The notes under the pieces: model-generated
Databases searched by the model: none
Seen by the model: only the letters and a program-made list of their open reading frames with translations
Told to the model about the DNA's origin: nothing
Assembly (NCBI GenBank): GCA_965222375.1
Contig: CBDCTZ010000015.1
Coordinates: 1,376,001-1,440,000, forward strand
Source of the DNA: Polyangiaceae bacterium
GTDB lineage: Bacteria; Myxococcota_A; Polyangia; Polyangiales; Polyangiaceae
Reading direction: 5' to 3'
DNA length: 64,000 bases
Shown here: piece by piece, positions 27,267 to 37,246 of the stretch
Numbering within the stretch: position 1 is the first letter of the stretch
How the letters are laid out: the number at the start of each line of letters is the position of its first letter
Position numbers and translations under genes: made by a program

Positions 27267-27470
27267 CTTCGACGAGAAGATAGCAAAGGTGAGCGCTCAG
27301 TTTTTCGCAAACTTGGACATATTCCTCTGTTCACACCATGGCATTGCTTGACGCGCCTTCCCGGCTCTGCGAATTTTGCGTAGTCGCTCGGTCTGGGGCG
27401 GGGGTCCGCGCGTCGTAAAGAAATCTCCGCCCATCCGTTTATGAACGGTGGCATTCTCTGCCCGAAGCCC

Positions 27471-27902
27471 ATGCCCGACGCGTCCGTCACCGATTTGAAG
27501 AAAAGGCTGCTTGAGGCGGGTTTCGAGGTCTATCGCACCCTGGGCAACCAGGTCGTTTTGGCGGATCGGGTACGGGACAACCTCATCATGGACAGCGGCG
27601 TCCGGGTTGAAGTGGCATCGGATGCTTTCCATGTGAGCGTGGTGTTTCGGGCCCAAGCGGCGGATTTTCCTGGGGAATCGGAAGAAGAACTGTGGGCTAG
27701 GGCCCGCAGTGCGGTGACTCCCGCCGCGGATCTAGGCTTCGAGGAGTCCTCAACGGCCGCCCATCCGATCTTGGATCCCGGGGATCGCGAGCGGGTCCTA
27801 GACACCTGGTACGAGGTCGTCTTTTCCGGACCTGTCGCCGATGCGGACCTGATCAGCTTGGTCAAAACCGCCGTTTCCATGCCCAAAACCGCGAATCGCT
27901 GA
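27471..27902 (+). CDS. hypothetical protein
   Basis: Clean ORF with plausible composition (LADRVRDNLIMDSGV; ILDPGD...LDTWYEV); alternative start 27441. Confidence 0.7.
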   Translation: MPDASVTDLKKRLLEAGFEVYRTLGNQVVLADRVRDNLIMDSGVRVEVASDAFHVSVVFRAQAADFPGESEEELWARARSAVTPAADLGFEESSTAAHPILDPGDRERVLDTWYEVVFSGPVADADLISLVKTAVSMPKTANR

Positions 27903-27974
27903 CGCGGCGCCGGCCCGGAAGCTGCAGCCGCGGCCGTGGACCGTTCGCAGGCTGCGTGGTATTGCCCGCCCCCC

Positions 27975-29690
27975 ATGTTGAGCCTGTTTCGCCGGGGTGG
28001 CGCCGGTCAAGTGATCGTCGGCGCGGTCGTCTTTGCCATCATCGTCGTCTTCGTCCTGGAGTTCCGGGCCGGGCGAGGGGACACGGCGGCGCTCGGCCGC
28101 GCCTGTGCCGTCGAGGTGCATGGAAATTGCGTCGACCGCAAGGAGTACATGGCGGCGTTCCGCCTCATCGTCCCGCGAGGCATGCAGGACAAGAACATCC
28201 GCAAGATGGGACTCCACCGCCACGTCATGGAGGGCCTCGTCGAGCGGGAGCTGCTGTTGAAAGAGGCCGAGCGGCTCGGATTGACGATCAGCGAACAGGA
28301 GATCGACGACGAACTCGCAGCGGGGCGCGCCTACGTGTCGCTCCCGGTCGCGCAGGCGAACTTCCTGTCCTATAACCTGCGCATCTCGCCGGATGGCATG
28401 CGCGCGCTGCCGGTGAAGAGCGTGAAGACCGGCGAGTTCGACTACAAAATCTACGAGCGCGTCGTTCGCAGCACGACCAACCGTTCTCCCAAGGAATTCA
28501 AGGCGATGCAGAAGCGCGAGCTCACGGCCCAGCGCATGCGCTCCTTGGTGCAGACCCGGGTGCGCGTGTCCGTGGAAGAGGCGCACGCTACATGGGAAAT
28601 CGAGCGCTCCAAGGCGGTCGCGCGCATCGCTCATCTGGAAAAGGCCTGGTTCCAACGCTATGCGGTGGACAGCTCAGACGCCGCCGTGGATGCCTGGGCG
28701 AAGGAAAACTCCGCCCAGATTGAGGAGGCCTGGAAGAACGAAAAGCAGCGCACCAAGGCTGATTGCCCTTGGGTATCCGAGATCTTCGTAGCTGCCGAGG
28801 TGGACGCTAGCGAAGAGGTCAAGGTCGAGCGGCGCCAGAAGATCGACGCCGCCGTAGAGCGACTGAAGAAGAAGGAGCCTTTCGAGCTCGTAGCTCGCCA
28901 GGTCAGCGAAGCCGCCAGCGCGCCTTGGGGCGGGGAGCACGGCTGCATGGGCGCTGCCTATGGCCTGGGCGCCAAGGAGCTCATGGAGGCTGCTGGAGGC
29001 TTGAAACCCGGCGAACTCTCGCCAGTGATCGAAACCCAGCGCGGCTTTCACGTGTTGAAGCTCGAGAAAAAGCTGGCCAAGGGCGATGTCGAAAAGCTCG
29101 GCAAGCGCTTGGTGGCGCGCCGCCTTTCCGTGCCCCTCGTTGCCGACGAGAAGCTGAACAAGGTGGCGGTGGCCATCGTGGACCGCGTCAAGAAGGGCGA
29201 AAAGCTGGACGATGTCGTAAAGGAACTAGCCAAGCAGCACGCGGAAGCAGGCGCGGCCAAGAACGCGGCCCTGAAGGCCGTGGACAAAGACAACTCTCTT
29301 CCCGGCCTGGCTGTGGATGGCAAACCACGGGTGGAAATCAGCCCTCCCTTCAATCGCTTGGTGGGCCCCATGGTTGACGCGGCGCCAACGGAGGCAGTTG
29401 GAGACAAGGTCTTCGGCCTCAAGAAAGCCGACGACGTTCTCAAAAAGCCCGTAACGACCAAGAATGGTCTCGTCGTCCTTCAGCTGAAGGAGAAGACGAT
29501 GGCCAAACGAGCCGACTTCGAAAAGGACAAGTACGACATCCTGTTCAAGCTCCAGAGCGAGAAAGCACGGGACGCCGTGGCTCGCTATCTGGCGGACTTG
29601 CGCAAAGCGGCCAAAGACAAGATCAAGACGGACGCAACGCTGTTGGAGAAAAACAAGCCTGACGCCGGTCCGCAAGACGACGAGGGCTGA
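27975..29690 (+). CDS. PpiD/SurA-like periplasmic chaperone / parvulin PPIase
   Basis: N-terminal TM; LVERELLLKEAERLGLTISEQEI; FELVARQVSE...GELSPVIETQRGFHVLKL. Confidence 0.85.
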   Translation: MLSLFRRGGAGQVIVGAVVFAIIVVFVLEFRAGRGDTAALGRACAVEVHGNCVDRKEYMAAFRLIVPRGMQDKNIRKMGLHRHVMEGLVERELLLKEAERLGLTISEQEIDDELAAGRAYVSLPVAQANFLSYNLRISPDGMRALPVKSVKTGEFDYKIYERVVRSTTNRSPKEFKAMQKRELTAQRMRSLVQTRVRVSVEEAHATWEIERSKAVARIAHLEKAWFQRYAVDSSDAAVDAWAKENSAQIEEAWKNEKQRTKADCPWVSEIFVAAEVDASEEVKVERRQKIDAAVERLKKKEPFELVARQVSEAASAPWGGEHGCMGAAYGLGAKELMEAAGGLKPGELSPVIETQRGFHVLKLEKKLAKGDVEKLGKRLVARRLSVPLVADEKLNKVAVAIVDRVKKGEKLDDVVKELAKQHAEAGAAKNAALKAVDKDNSLPGLAVDGKPRVEISPPFNRLVGPMVDAAPTEAVGDKVFGLKKADDVLKKPVTTKNGLVVLQLKEKTMAKRADFEKDKYDILFKLQSEKARDAVARYLADLRKAAKDKIKTDATLLEKNKPDAGPQDDEG

Positions 29691-29703
29691 CGCCCTGCAC
29701 GAC

Positions 29704-30987
29704 ATGGCTGAACCCCAGCTCGTCTTCGAGCACACCAGGCTGGACAACGGCCTCCAGTTGCTGGTCGTCCCCCTGCCCCAAATCCACAGCGTGGTGATCG
29801 AGGCGCAACTACGCGCTGGGCCGCGCTACGAGGCCGCGGAAGACACCGGCCTCAGTCACTTCTTGGAGCACATGCTCTATCGGGGCACTGAGCGCCTCCC
29901 CTCCGCCCACGAGCAAGCTTTGGCCTTCGAGAGTCGTGGCGGGACCCTGAGCGCCGCGACCTACATGGACCACGGGAGCCTCGGTATCGCGGTGCCTCCC
30001 GAGTCCTTCGCGGACGTGCTGGAGCTCTTTGCCGAGGTGTATCGGGATCCACTCTTCGACGGCTTGGAAATCGAGCAAAGCATCGTTCGCGAAGAAATCC
30101 TCGAAGGGCTAGACGACGCGGGAAACGAGATCGACCCAGACAACTTGATTCGTCGGTTGGCGTACGGTTCATCGGCCTTGGGTAGGCCCATCACGGGAAG
30201 CATCGAGCGCGTGAGCTCCATGACCCGCGAGCAGGTCGGGCGCCACCATGCGGAACTTTACGTCGGTGCCAACACGGTCATCACGGTTGCAGGTCCAGTG
30301 AACCCGGGGAAGGTCATTGCGGAGGTGCGCCGACACTTTGAGTCGATGCCTGGCGGCGACACGCCGGGCTTCGAGCCCGCACAACCGGGGAGCGGGAAGC
30401 GCTTCAGATACGTTAGACACGCCTCCAGCCAGACCCAGCTCCGTATCGCGTTCCATGGCCCTGGAGAGCGCGACCCGCTGGAGCCGGCCACGGACTTGCT
30501 GCTTCGAGTGTTGGACGACGGCATGTCCACTCGGCTGTACCATCAGATCTGCGACGCTCGGGGCCTTTGCTACGACGTGTCCGCAGCCTACGAGGCATAC
30601 GCCGACTCCGGGCTCTTCGACGTTGCCGCGGAGACGGAGCACGAACGTGCACCCGAAGTGCTGCAGGAGGTCCTGCACCTGCTCTTCGACTTGGCGGAAC
30701 ACGGCCCCACCGAAGCCGAGTTAGACAAAGCCAAGACGCGCTACCGCTTCCAGCTCGCGGAACTCGTCGACCATCCCGCCGAGGCTGCCGAATTCGTCGG
30801 CTTTGGTTGCCTGACGGGCGTGGCACGAACGCCGAAGTCCCGCTGGGAGCAACTATCCGCACTGACTCGACACGACGTTCAAGCCGCTGCAAGCCGACTC
30901 TTCTCCACCTCGAGCGTGCGCGTCGTTGGCGTCGGCGGCGCCAAGAAGCGCGAACAAGCAGCGCTCGAAGCCCTCACCCTGCGCTGA
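29704..30987 (+). CDS. M16 (pitrilysin) family zinc peptidase
   Basis: LDNGL; GLSHFLEHMLYRGT (HxxEH); STRLY...RGLCY. Confidence 0.93.
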   Translation: MAEPQLVFEHTRLDNGLQLLVVPLPQIHSVVIEAQLRAGPRYEAAEDTGLSHFLEHMLYRGTERLPSAHEQALAFESRGGTLSAATYMDHGSLGIAVPPESFADVLELFAEVYRDPLFDGLEIEQSIVREEILEGLDDAGNEIDPDNLIRRLAYGSSALGRPITGSIERVSSMTREQVGRHHAELYVGANTVITVAGPVNPGKVIAEVRRHFESMPGGDTPGFEPAQPGSGKRFRYVRHASSQTQLRIAFHGPGERDPLEPATDLLLRVLDDGMSTRLYHQICDARGLCYDVSAAYEAYADSGLFDVAAETEHERAPEVLQEVLHLLFDLAEHGPTEAELDKAKTRYRFQLAELVDHPAEAAEFVGFGCLTGVARTPKSRWEQLSALTRHDVQAAASRLFSTSSVRVVGVGGAKKREQAALEALTLR

Positions 30988-31813
30988 GCTGGAAGCGGGG
31001 AAGCCTCGGCCCGAACCGCACAAGGGCTCGCACTTGCCATCCTTGACGGCCTTGCTGGGCGTGACGCATGCACCCAGGCACTCCGTCCAACGGTGGCAGT
31101 CGTCTCCGGCCTTTCGCAGCGGACCACACTTGCCCTTCTTGTTTGTGGATTTCTCCAACAGGCAAGCCTTGGGCGCAATGTTGCGTTTTGGGAGAGCAGT
31201 CTTCGCCGGCCTTCGGCCTCAACGCGCACTTGCCTCCCGCTGCGCAGTAGAAATTCGGTCCGCAGGACTCGCCCGCTTGTTCTTTGCATGCAGTGCCAGC
31301 CTCGATCTTGGAGGAGCACACGGTTCGCAGTGGGTCGTCGCTGCTGGCGTCCGGGACGCACCATGATCCATCGGGGCATTCGAGATCGAGCGAGCATCGG
31401 GCGCCAACCGCGGTCTTGCCCTTGAACGCCGACCGGCATGCCCCAGTCTTCTGGAGGGCGACGATACCGATGTCATGCCACGTCTTCAGTTCGTTGAGGC
31501 AAGCGGGCACCCTCTCGACATCGATGTCCACGTTCTTCAGCGTCTCGCAACTGCCGCCACTTCCATCCGCGGACACTTTGACCAGCGTCCTGACGGCGGC
31601 GGTCTCGGGGCGCTCCTCGCACTTCTTGGTCAGCATCGTTATCTTTTGGGATAGCTGATTGCAGAATCGCTTCGGCGACATCGACTCCTCTACGGGTGCG
31701 CTGGTTGTAACCGCCGGCTTTGACGACTGGGCGGGAGGATTCGCGGGGGTCGCCTTCTCCTCGCAAGCCAGACAGGTGAGGGCGGTGAGCACGAGAATAC
31801 GTCGACTGGGCAT
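30974..31813 (-). pseudogene. Cys-rich lipoprotein, frameshifted near 31160 (pseudogene or sequencing error)
   Basis: MPSRRILVLTALTCLAC lipobox; KAGxxC repeats continue in another frame (KCGPLRKAGDDC...CEPLCGSG). Confidence 0.6.
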
Positions 31814-31932
31814 GCCGGAGCGTACCCCGATAAGTACGGCGCAGGTCGAGAGTAGTGGTCCACGGCGCACGAGAGCCGCGACCCCAAACAAAGGTGCAGA
31901 ACAACTCGGGGAGCTGGTCAGCGACGGAGTTT

Positions 31933-32625
31933 TCAGTCGTCGCGGGGGCCGAGGATGCGAGCGTCGACGCCTTGTTCTTGGACGGATGGCAATATGCGGT
32001 CGGTCGCGATGGCAAGGCGCTCTGCAATGGCTGCCTCTGCGCCCACTCCGGCAGCTTGGGTGCGAAAAATCGCGGCGTAGCACTTGCCAATGCCGGCGCC
32101 GAAGGCCAGCGCCCAACCTTCGATCATCGCTTTGCGCTCAACCCGACGAACGAGAACGGTCATGCGCACGGCATAGTCCGGTGGGCCCGACAAGGAGCGT
32201 TCGTCGACGACATTGTCAGGTACGATTTCAGGCACTTCCGGACGCCACAGTCGGGCTTGCTTCTCGCACTCTTCGATCCGCACCAAGCGTGCGGCACGCC
32301 AGGTGCGAAGGGCAAGGCTGGACTCGGACTGGGGGTGTGTGAGTGTGAGCCAACGTTCTGTATCTTCGGACTGCCAGTCTTCCGGACCCGGAACGCGCAG
32401 GGACAGCCCCGCTCGCGGGCCGAACACGAGCTTCAGCGTGGCCTCGGGCAATCCCTGTTGGCGCTTGGGTGGCTGAGCAGTGACCGGTGGACTGCTTGCT
32501 GCCATTTTCGGCGCAGCAGCCGGCGGGGGGGCACCACAAGCGCACAGCCAAACCGCAAGGGCAGCGCGGGCGGCTCTCGTCGCAATGGCTCTAAGAATCG
32601 GGGCTCTCAAATGGGCGTATGCCAC
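31933..32625 (-). CDS. hypothetical lipoprotein
   Basis: AVWLCAC lipobox-like; Pro-rich linker; follows ilvE on same strand; start uncertain. Confidence 0.65.
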   Translation of the reverse strand: MAYAHLRAPILRAIATRAARAALAVWLCACGAPPPAAAPKMAASSPPVTAQPPKRQQGLPEATLKLVFGPRAGLSLRVPGPEDWQSEDTERWLTLTHPQSESSLALRTWRAARLVRIEECEKQARLWRPEVPEIVPDNVVDERSLSGPPDYAVRMTVLVRRVERKAMIEGWALAFGAGIGKCYAAIFRTQAAGVGAEAAIAERLAIATDRILPSVQEQGVDARILGPRDD

Positions 32626-33530
32626 TCGGGATGGGAGTCGTCCTTACCCCTGACGACGTCGAAGTAACGCGCTTGCAGGCGCTGGGTGGTCTCGCCCACC
32701 TTACCGGTCCCGATGACGCGATGGTCCACCTCGACGACAGGCGTGACCTCAGCTGCGGTGCCCGTAAAGAACACCTCATCGGCCAAATACAGCTCGTCAC
32801 GCGTGATGTACCCCTCGCGGACGGGGATGCCCTCTTCCTGGGCGAGGATCATCACGGTTTCCCGAGTGATTCCAGCGAGGATGCTGGCGGAAAGGGGCGG
32901 CGTCGTGATCTTGCCATCTTTGACGATGAAGATGTTCTCGCCGGAGCCCTCACTCACATAGCCATTCACGTCGGTGAGAATGGCCTCGTCGAAGCCGTCG
33001 AGCTTGGCTTCCTGCTTGGCCATCACGCTGTTGATGTATTGACCAACGAGCTTGCCCTTCGCGAAAGACACGTTGATGTGGTGGCGCGCAAACGATGACA
33101 CTTTGCAGCGGATTCCTCTTTCCAGAGCTTCAGCGCCCAGGTAGGCCCCCCACTTCCAAGTGATGATGTGCGTCTCCACTGGGTTGTTCGGCGCGTACAC
33201 GCCCATGGCTCCGGTACCCATGGTGACCAGCGGCCGCAGGTAGGCCTCTTCCAGTTCGTTCGCGCGCATCACGCCAACGCAGCCCTCGCAGGTTTGCTCC
33301 AAGCCCACACGCGGCTTCAGCATCACCAATCGGCATGACTCGAAAAGTCTCTTGATGTGTTCACGCAGACGAAAGATCGTCGTTTCACCACCAGCGCGCT
33401 TGTATGCTCGGATACCTTCGAATGCGCCCACCCCGTAGTGAAGCGTATGGGTGAGCAGCGAGGTCGAGCCAGCGGCCGCCCAGTCGACGATTTCCCCGTT
33501 GCGCCAGATCTTCTGCCCATGCTCGACCAT
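32607..33530 (-). CDS. ilvE: Branched-chain amino acid aminotransferase
   Basis: LHYGVGAFEGIRAY; EGSGENIF; ILAGITR; ADEVFFTGTAAEVTPV; GGAGG upstream of ATG 33530. Confidence 0.95.
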   Translation of the reverse strand: MVEHGQKIWRNGEIVDWAAAGSTSLLTHTLHYGVGAFEGIRAYKRAGGETTIFRLREHIKRLFESCRLVMLKPRVGLEQTCEGCVGVMRANELEEAYLRPLVTMGTGAMGVYAPNNPVETHIITWKWGAYLGAEALERGIRCKVSSFARHHINVSFAKGKLVGQYINSVMAKQEAKLDGFDEAILTDVNGYVSEGSGENIFIVKDGKITTPPLSASILAGITRETVMILAQEEGIPVREGYITRDELYLADEVFFTGTAAEVTPVVEVDHRVIGTGKVGETTQRLQARYFDVVRGKDDSHPEWHTPI

Positions 33531-33822
33531 CGTTTCAACCTCCCGCTGGTCCGCAGTTAGAAACTCAATCGGCGCCGAATCCGCACCGGTCGGGACCATA
33601 GCTGCGGAGGAGTCCAGGGTCGAGGCCACGCTCAGCCCACGTCAGATCCGGGCTTTTGACAATTTTGTCGGGCACCAAGCGCAATGCTGTGCTAGAGCCC
33701 AACGCAGTTGCCAGGGTGAGCTGGTTCGGAAGTCACGCAGTAGCGCGTCCGAATCAAAGGGGAAACAGCTCGTCCGAGGTACCCGGTCGCTCCTCGCGGG
33801 CGCCGAAGATCGAGGAAATACC

Positions 33823-34434
33823 ATGGATCGACAACGCCAGAGGTCGGGCGGTGGCCGGCGACGCCGGCGACGCGGACGCGCCGAAGCTGCGCCCGTAGAG
33901 CCCGTATTGATAGCAGCGCGGCGACCGAACTCGCCCCTGATCACACGGCCAGCACGCCGCGCGGTGGCGGCATCTGCAGCCCCGCGCGCCGAGAACAACG
34001 CGGAAGCCGTCCAGCAAGAAGCCCTGGACCCCGGAGCACGCGGGCGTGGGGAAGCAGGCTACGGTCAGCGCCGAGCAGCTCGCATCGTCACCTTGAATCG
34101 ACACGAAACCGACGAAAGCGAATTGCGGCGGCAGCGCCTGCTCGAACGGCTCATGCATTGCGAGACTCGCGGTGCCATTAGCCGCGCGGCCAATGAGTAC
34201 CTGGAAGCAGGGTTCGAGTTCCCGGAAGAACAACCGGTGCAGCTCCAGCTGCTGGAGCACTTCGACGAATCTCGTGCGCGGGATGCCTTGGCAGTGCTCA
34301 CCCGGCTGCTCGAAGAAGAGGAGCCCACGAAGCTTCCCATCTTGACCCAGCGCTTACGGCGGCTGGAAGAATACGCCGACGAAGAACAAACTCGACACGT
34401 CGCGGCTGAATTTCGGCGTTCTCTCAGAACCTGA
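33823..34434 (+). CDS. hypothetical protein with Arg-rich N-terminus and helical C-terminus
   Basis: SD gagg before ATG 33823; RQRQRSGGGRRRRRRGR. Confidence 0.7.
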   Translation: MDRQRQRSGGGRRRRRRGRAEAAPVEPVLIAARRPNSPLITRPARRAVAASAAPRAENNAEAVQQEALDPGARGRGEAGYGQRRAARIVTLNRHETDESELRRQRLLERLMHCETRGAISRAANEYLEAGFEFPEEQPVQLQLLEHFDESRARDALAVLTRLLEEEEPTKLPILTQRLRRLEEYADEEQTRHVAAEFRRSLRT

Positions 34435-34446
34435 GTTTTCAGCTAA

Positions 34447-34869
34447 ATGAGCACGCCGCTGTCCGCACGCGAGTTCGAAACGCGGTTCCGAACATTGCTC
34501 GCGGAAAACCGCGGGCGCGTGGACAACTCGGGCTGTGTCCGCTGTGAGGACTGCCGTGGCTGCACGGCCTGTACTTTCTGCAAGGCCTCCCAGCAGCTGC
34601 TGCGATGCCACTTCTGTGACGGCTGCAAGGCCTGCTCGGACTGTTCTCACTGTACGTCCAGCGAGAACCTGATGGCCTGCCATCACTGTGTGGACTGCGA
34701 AGACTGCAATGGCTCGTCCTATCTGGTCCGCTCCGTCGGCTGCTCCGGATCGTCCTACTGCTTCGGCTGCGTTGGACTTTCAAACAAGGATTTTCACATC
34801 CTGAACGAGCCTTACTCGCGGCAGGACTACTTCCAAATCACGAAGCAGCTGCTGCGCGAACTCCGATGA
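34447..34869 (+). CDS. Cys-rich (Cxx)n repeat protein
   Basis: 19 Cys mostly at period 3; C-terminal CFGCVGL...ILNEPYSRQDY. Confidence 0.85.
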   Translation: MSTPLSAREFETRFRTLLAENRGRVDNSGCVRCEDCRGCTACTFCKASQQLLRCHFCDGCKACSDCSHCTSSENLMACHHCVDCEDCNGSSYLVRSVGCSGSSYCFGCVGLSNKDFHILNEPYSRQDYFQITKQLLRELR

Positions 34870-34892
34870 TCTTTTGCTAAACTGTCCGGGAG

Positions 34893-35234
34893 ATGAACGA
34901 CGAGCTACCCGATCCAGCGCTGGAGGCGTTGTGGAAGCGAGTTGTCGAAGACTGGGACAATGACAAGGCACACGCGGCCTATTTGGAGCACTGCAACGCC
35001 AAAAACCGTCTGGCCGAAGCTGCGTCGCGCTATCGGGGCATGGCGGGAGATCGGATGCGCGGCGAGTCGTCGGAAAAGCGACTTCAAGCCGTTCTGGCCT
35101 TGGCCTTCGCGCAACTTGAAGTCTTGCGCTCACCGCCGACCGAATCTCGCCGCAGCCTGGGCGGCGTCGCCCTGACGCTCTTTTTCCTGGGTGGAATTGT
35201 GCTCATCTTGGCCTACCTGGGCTTGCGGAAGTGA
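34893..35234 (+). CDS. hypothetical protein with C-terminal TM helix
   Basis: SD ggag; operonic spacing; C-terminal hydrophobic stretch. Confidence 0.75.
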   Translation: MNDELPDPALEALWKRVVEDWDNDKAHAAYLEHCNAKNRLAEAASRYRGMAGDRMRGESSEKRLQAVLALAFAQLEVLRSPPTESRRSLGGVALTLFFLGGIVLILAYLGLRK

Positions 35235-35456
35235 CGAGTCCCCTCACCCCGACAGACAAAGCCTCGTGGTTTTGGACACTTAGCCGAGATTGCATCGCAA
35301 CCCACTCCCAGGTATCTAGGGGAATCTTCGAAAGCTGCTGCGCGCGTGGCGCGGGAGTCGCGAGCGAGCTGGAGGGTCTCGCGACTGTCTGGCTAACGAT
35401 GAATGCCGGCCACCGGCCGGATGAAAGCGTTCCATCCCGAATTGAGGAGACCTGTC

Positions 35457-35996
35457 ATGAAGAAGTTGGTTTTCGTATCCCTAGCAGCGATCGCGAGTGC
35501 AGCGTGCGGCTCGGATCCGAAGGAACCGCCGGCAGCACCTACGGGCGGCAATGATGGCCCGTCGACCTCCGCTGTGGTTGATGATGGCAGCAACAAGAAG
35601 CCTGGTGACGACCCCAGCAAGAGCCAGATCAACATCTCGGACGAGATCAAGAAGGCCTGCGGAATTTCCGACTCCGACGCCTATTTCGCGTTCAACTCCG
35701 CGAATATCCGAGACCAGGACCACAAGGTCCTCGGTCAGCTGGCAACCTGCTTCACGAGCGGCCCCCTCGCAGGACGGCAGATGCGCTTGGTGGGCCATGC
35801 GGATCCCCGCGGTGATGAGGACTACAACTTGGTGCTGGGCGGGCGCCGTGCTGACAACGTCAAGGGCTTCATCGTGAAGAAGGGTCTTGACGATGGCAAG
35901 GTGGCCACGACTTCCCGAGGCGAAATGGATGCCACGGGCACCGATGAGTCAAGCTGGTCCCGCGACCGCCGCGTCGACATCGTCCTCGGCGACTGA
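35457..35996 (+). CDS. pal: Peptidoglycan-associated lipoprotein (OmpA-like domain)
   Basis: Lipobox SAAC; GHADPRGDEDYNLVLGGRRADNV; DRRVDI; SD gaggag. Confidence 0.9.
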   Translation: MKKLVFVSLAAIASAACGSDPKEPPAAPTGGNDGPSTSAVVDDGSNKKPGDDPSKSQINISDEIKKACGISDSDAYFAFNSANIRDQDHKVLGQLATCFTSGPLAGRQMRLVGHADPRGDEDYNLVLGGRRADNVKGFIVKKGLDDGKVATTSRGEMDATGTDESSWSRDRRVDIVLGD

Positions 35997-36007
35997 AAAG
36001 CACCCCA

Positions 36008-36751
36008 ATGACAATGACCGCTCCCGCCCCTAACGGCGACAAGCTTGACCCCCTCCACCTGATGCTGGAATCGTCCGGCGTCGTGCTCGTGGTCTTGCTT
36101 GTCCTGATGGTGGCTTCCACGGCGGTATGGGTCATCTGGGTGCTCAAGTCCCTCCAGCTGAAGCGGCTTCGCAACGCCCAGCATCGGTTCGAGAAAGAGG
36201 TCGAGAGCGTTACAAGCTCATCGGATCTGATCTCGAATGCCCTGAAGCATCGCAACTCGCCGGGAGGACGGGTGGTGTTGGAGTTGGCCAAGCGCCACCA
36301 CCAGCCCAACCTGTCCTCGGACTTGCTGAACGCCGTCGCAAAGCGCGCCATCGCCTCCGAGCAGCAGCGCGCAGGCTCGCTAATGCCCACCCTTTCCAGC
36401 ATCGCATCGTCGTCGCCCTTCATCGGGTTGTTCGGCACCGTTTGGGGCATCATGGACGCGTTCCTGCGCATCGGCTTGGAGAAGAGCGCGTCCCTGCCCG
36501 TGGTTGCTCCTGCTATCGGCGAAGCGCTCATTGCGACCGCCTTTGGCCTCGTAGCCGCCATCCCAGCCACCATCGGCTACAACTTCGTGGATCGCCGTAT
36601 TGGCGATTTGATGGAGGAACTGGAAGCGTCGAGCGAGTCATGGGCAGAAACCCTGGCTGCTGACCCGGGTGGCCCGTCCTCGGCGGTGCCCCTGGTCAAG
36701 GAGTCCGGCCGGCCTCCCCCGCAACCCCAGATGGGCTACGCGGGAGGCTAG
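36008..36751 (+). CDS. tolQ: TolQ (MotA/TolQ/ExbB family)
   Basis: SPFIGLFGTVWGIM; VVAPAIGEALIATAFGLVAAIPA. Confidence 0.92.
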   Translation: MTMTAPAPNGDKLDPLHLMLESSGVVLVVLLVLMVASTAVWVIWVLKSLQLKRLRNAQHRFEKEVESVTSSSDLISNALKHRNSPGGRVVLELAKRHHQPNLSSDLLNAVAKRAIASEQQRAGSLMPTLSSIASSSPFIGLFGTVWGIMDAFLRIGLEKSASLPVVAPAIGEALIATAFGLVAAIPATIGYNFVDRRIGDLMEELEASSESWAETLAADPGGPSSAVPLVKESGRPPPQPQMGYAGG

Positions 36752-36754
36752 GCC

Positions 36755-37246
36755 ATGGGCGCCAAAGCCGGCGGAGGGCGAGGACGCCGCAGCGGTTTCA
36801 CCGAGATCAACGTGACGCCCTTCGTAGACGTCATGCTCGTGTTGCTCGTCGTCTTCATGGTCACGGCTCCGCTGCTGACGACTGGGCTGCGCATCAACCT
36901 GCCCGAGGTCAAAGCCGCCCAAGCGCCGGTGAAAGACGCCCGCCTCTTGGTTACGGTGACGAAGGACGAGCGCATCCTATTCGGTGAAAAGGACGTGACG
37001 GACCGTATCGACCGCGCTCTAAAAGAGAGTGCGCGGGTACAGAAAGAGCGGGAACTCTACATCCGTGCTGACAAGGAAGCACGCTACGGAATCGTGGCGA
37101 CCGTGGTTGCGGCGGCGCGTAACAGCGGCGTGGAGAGCCTGAACTTGCTCGTACAGCCCGAACTCGAGGAAATCGAGGAAGACGAAGACGAAACCACGCC
37201 AGCACCCAAGGCCGGCGCGAAGCCAGCCGTCAAAAAGAAGCCGTGA
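36755..37246 (+). CDS. tolR: TolR (ExbD/TolR family)
   Basis: EINVTPFVDVMLVLLVVFMVTAP; IRADKEARYG. Confidence 0.92.
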   Translation: MGAKAGGGRGRRSGFTEINVTPFVDVMLVLLVVFMVTAPLLTTGLRINLPEVKAAQAPVKDARLLVTVTKDERILFGEKDVTDRIDRALKESARVQKERELYIRADKEARYGIVATVVAAARNSGVESLNLLVQPELEEIEEDEDETTPAPKAGAKPAVKKKP

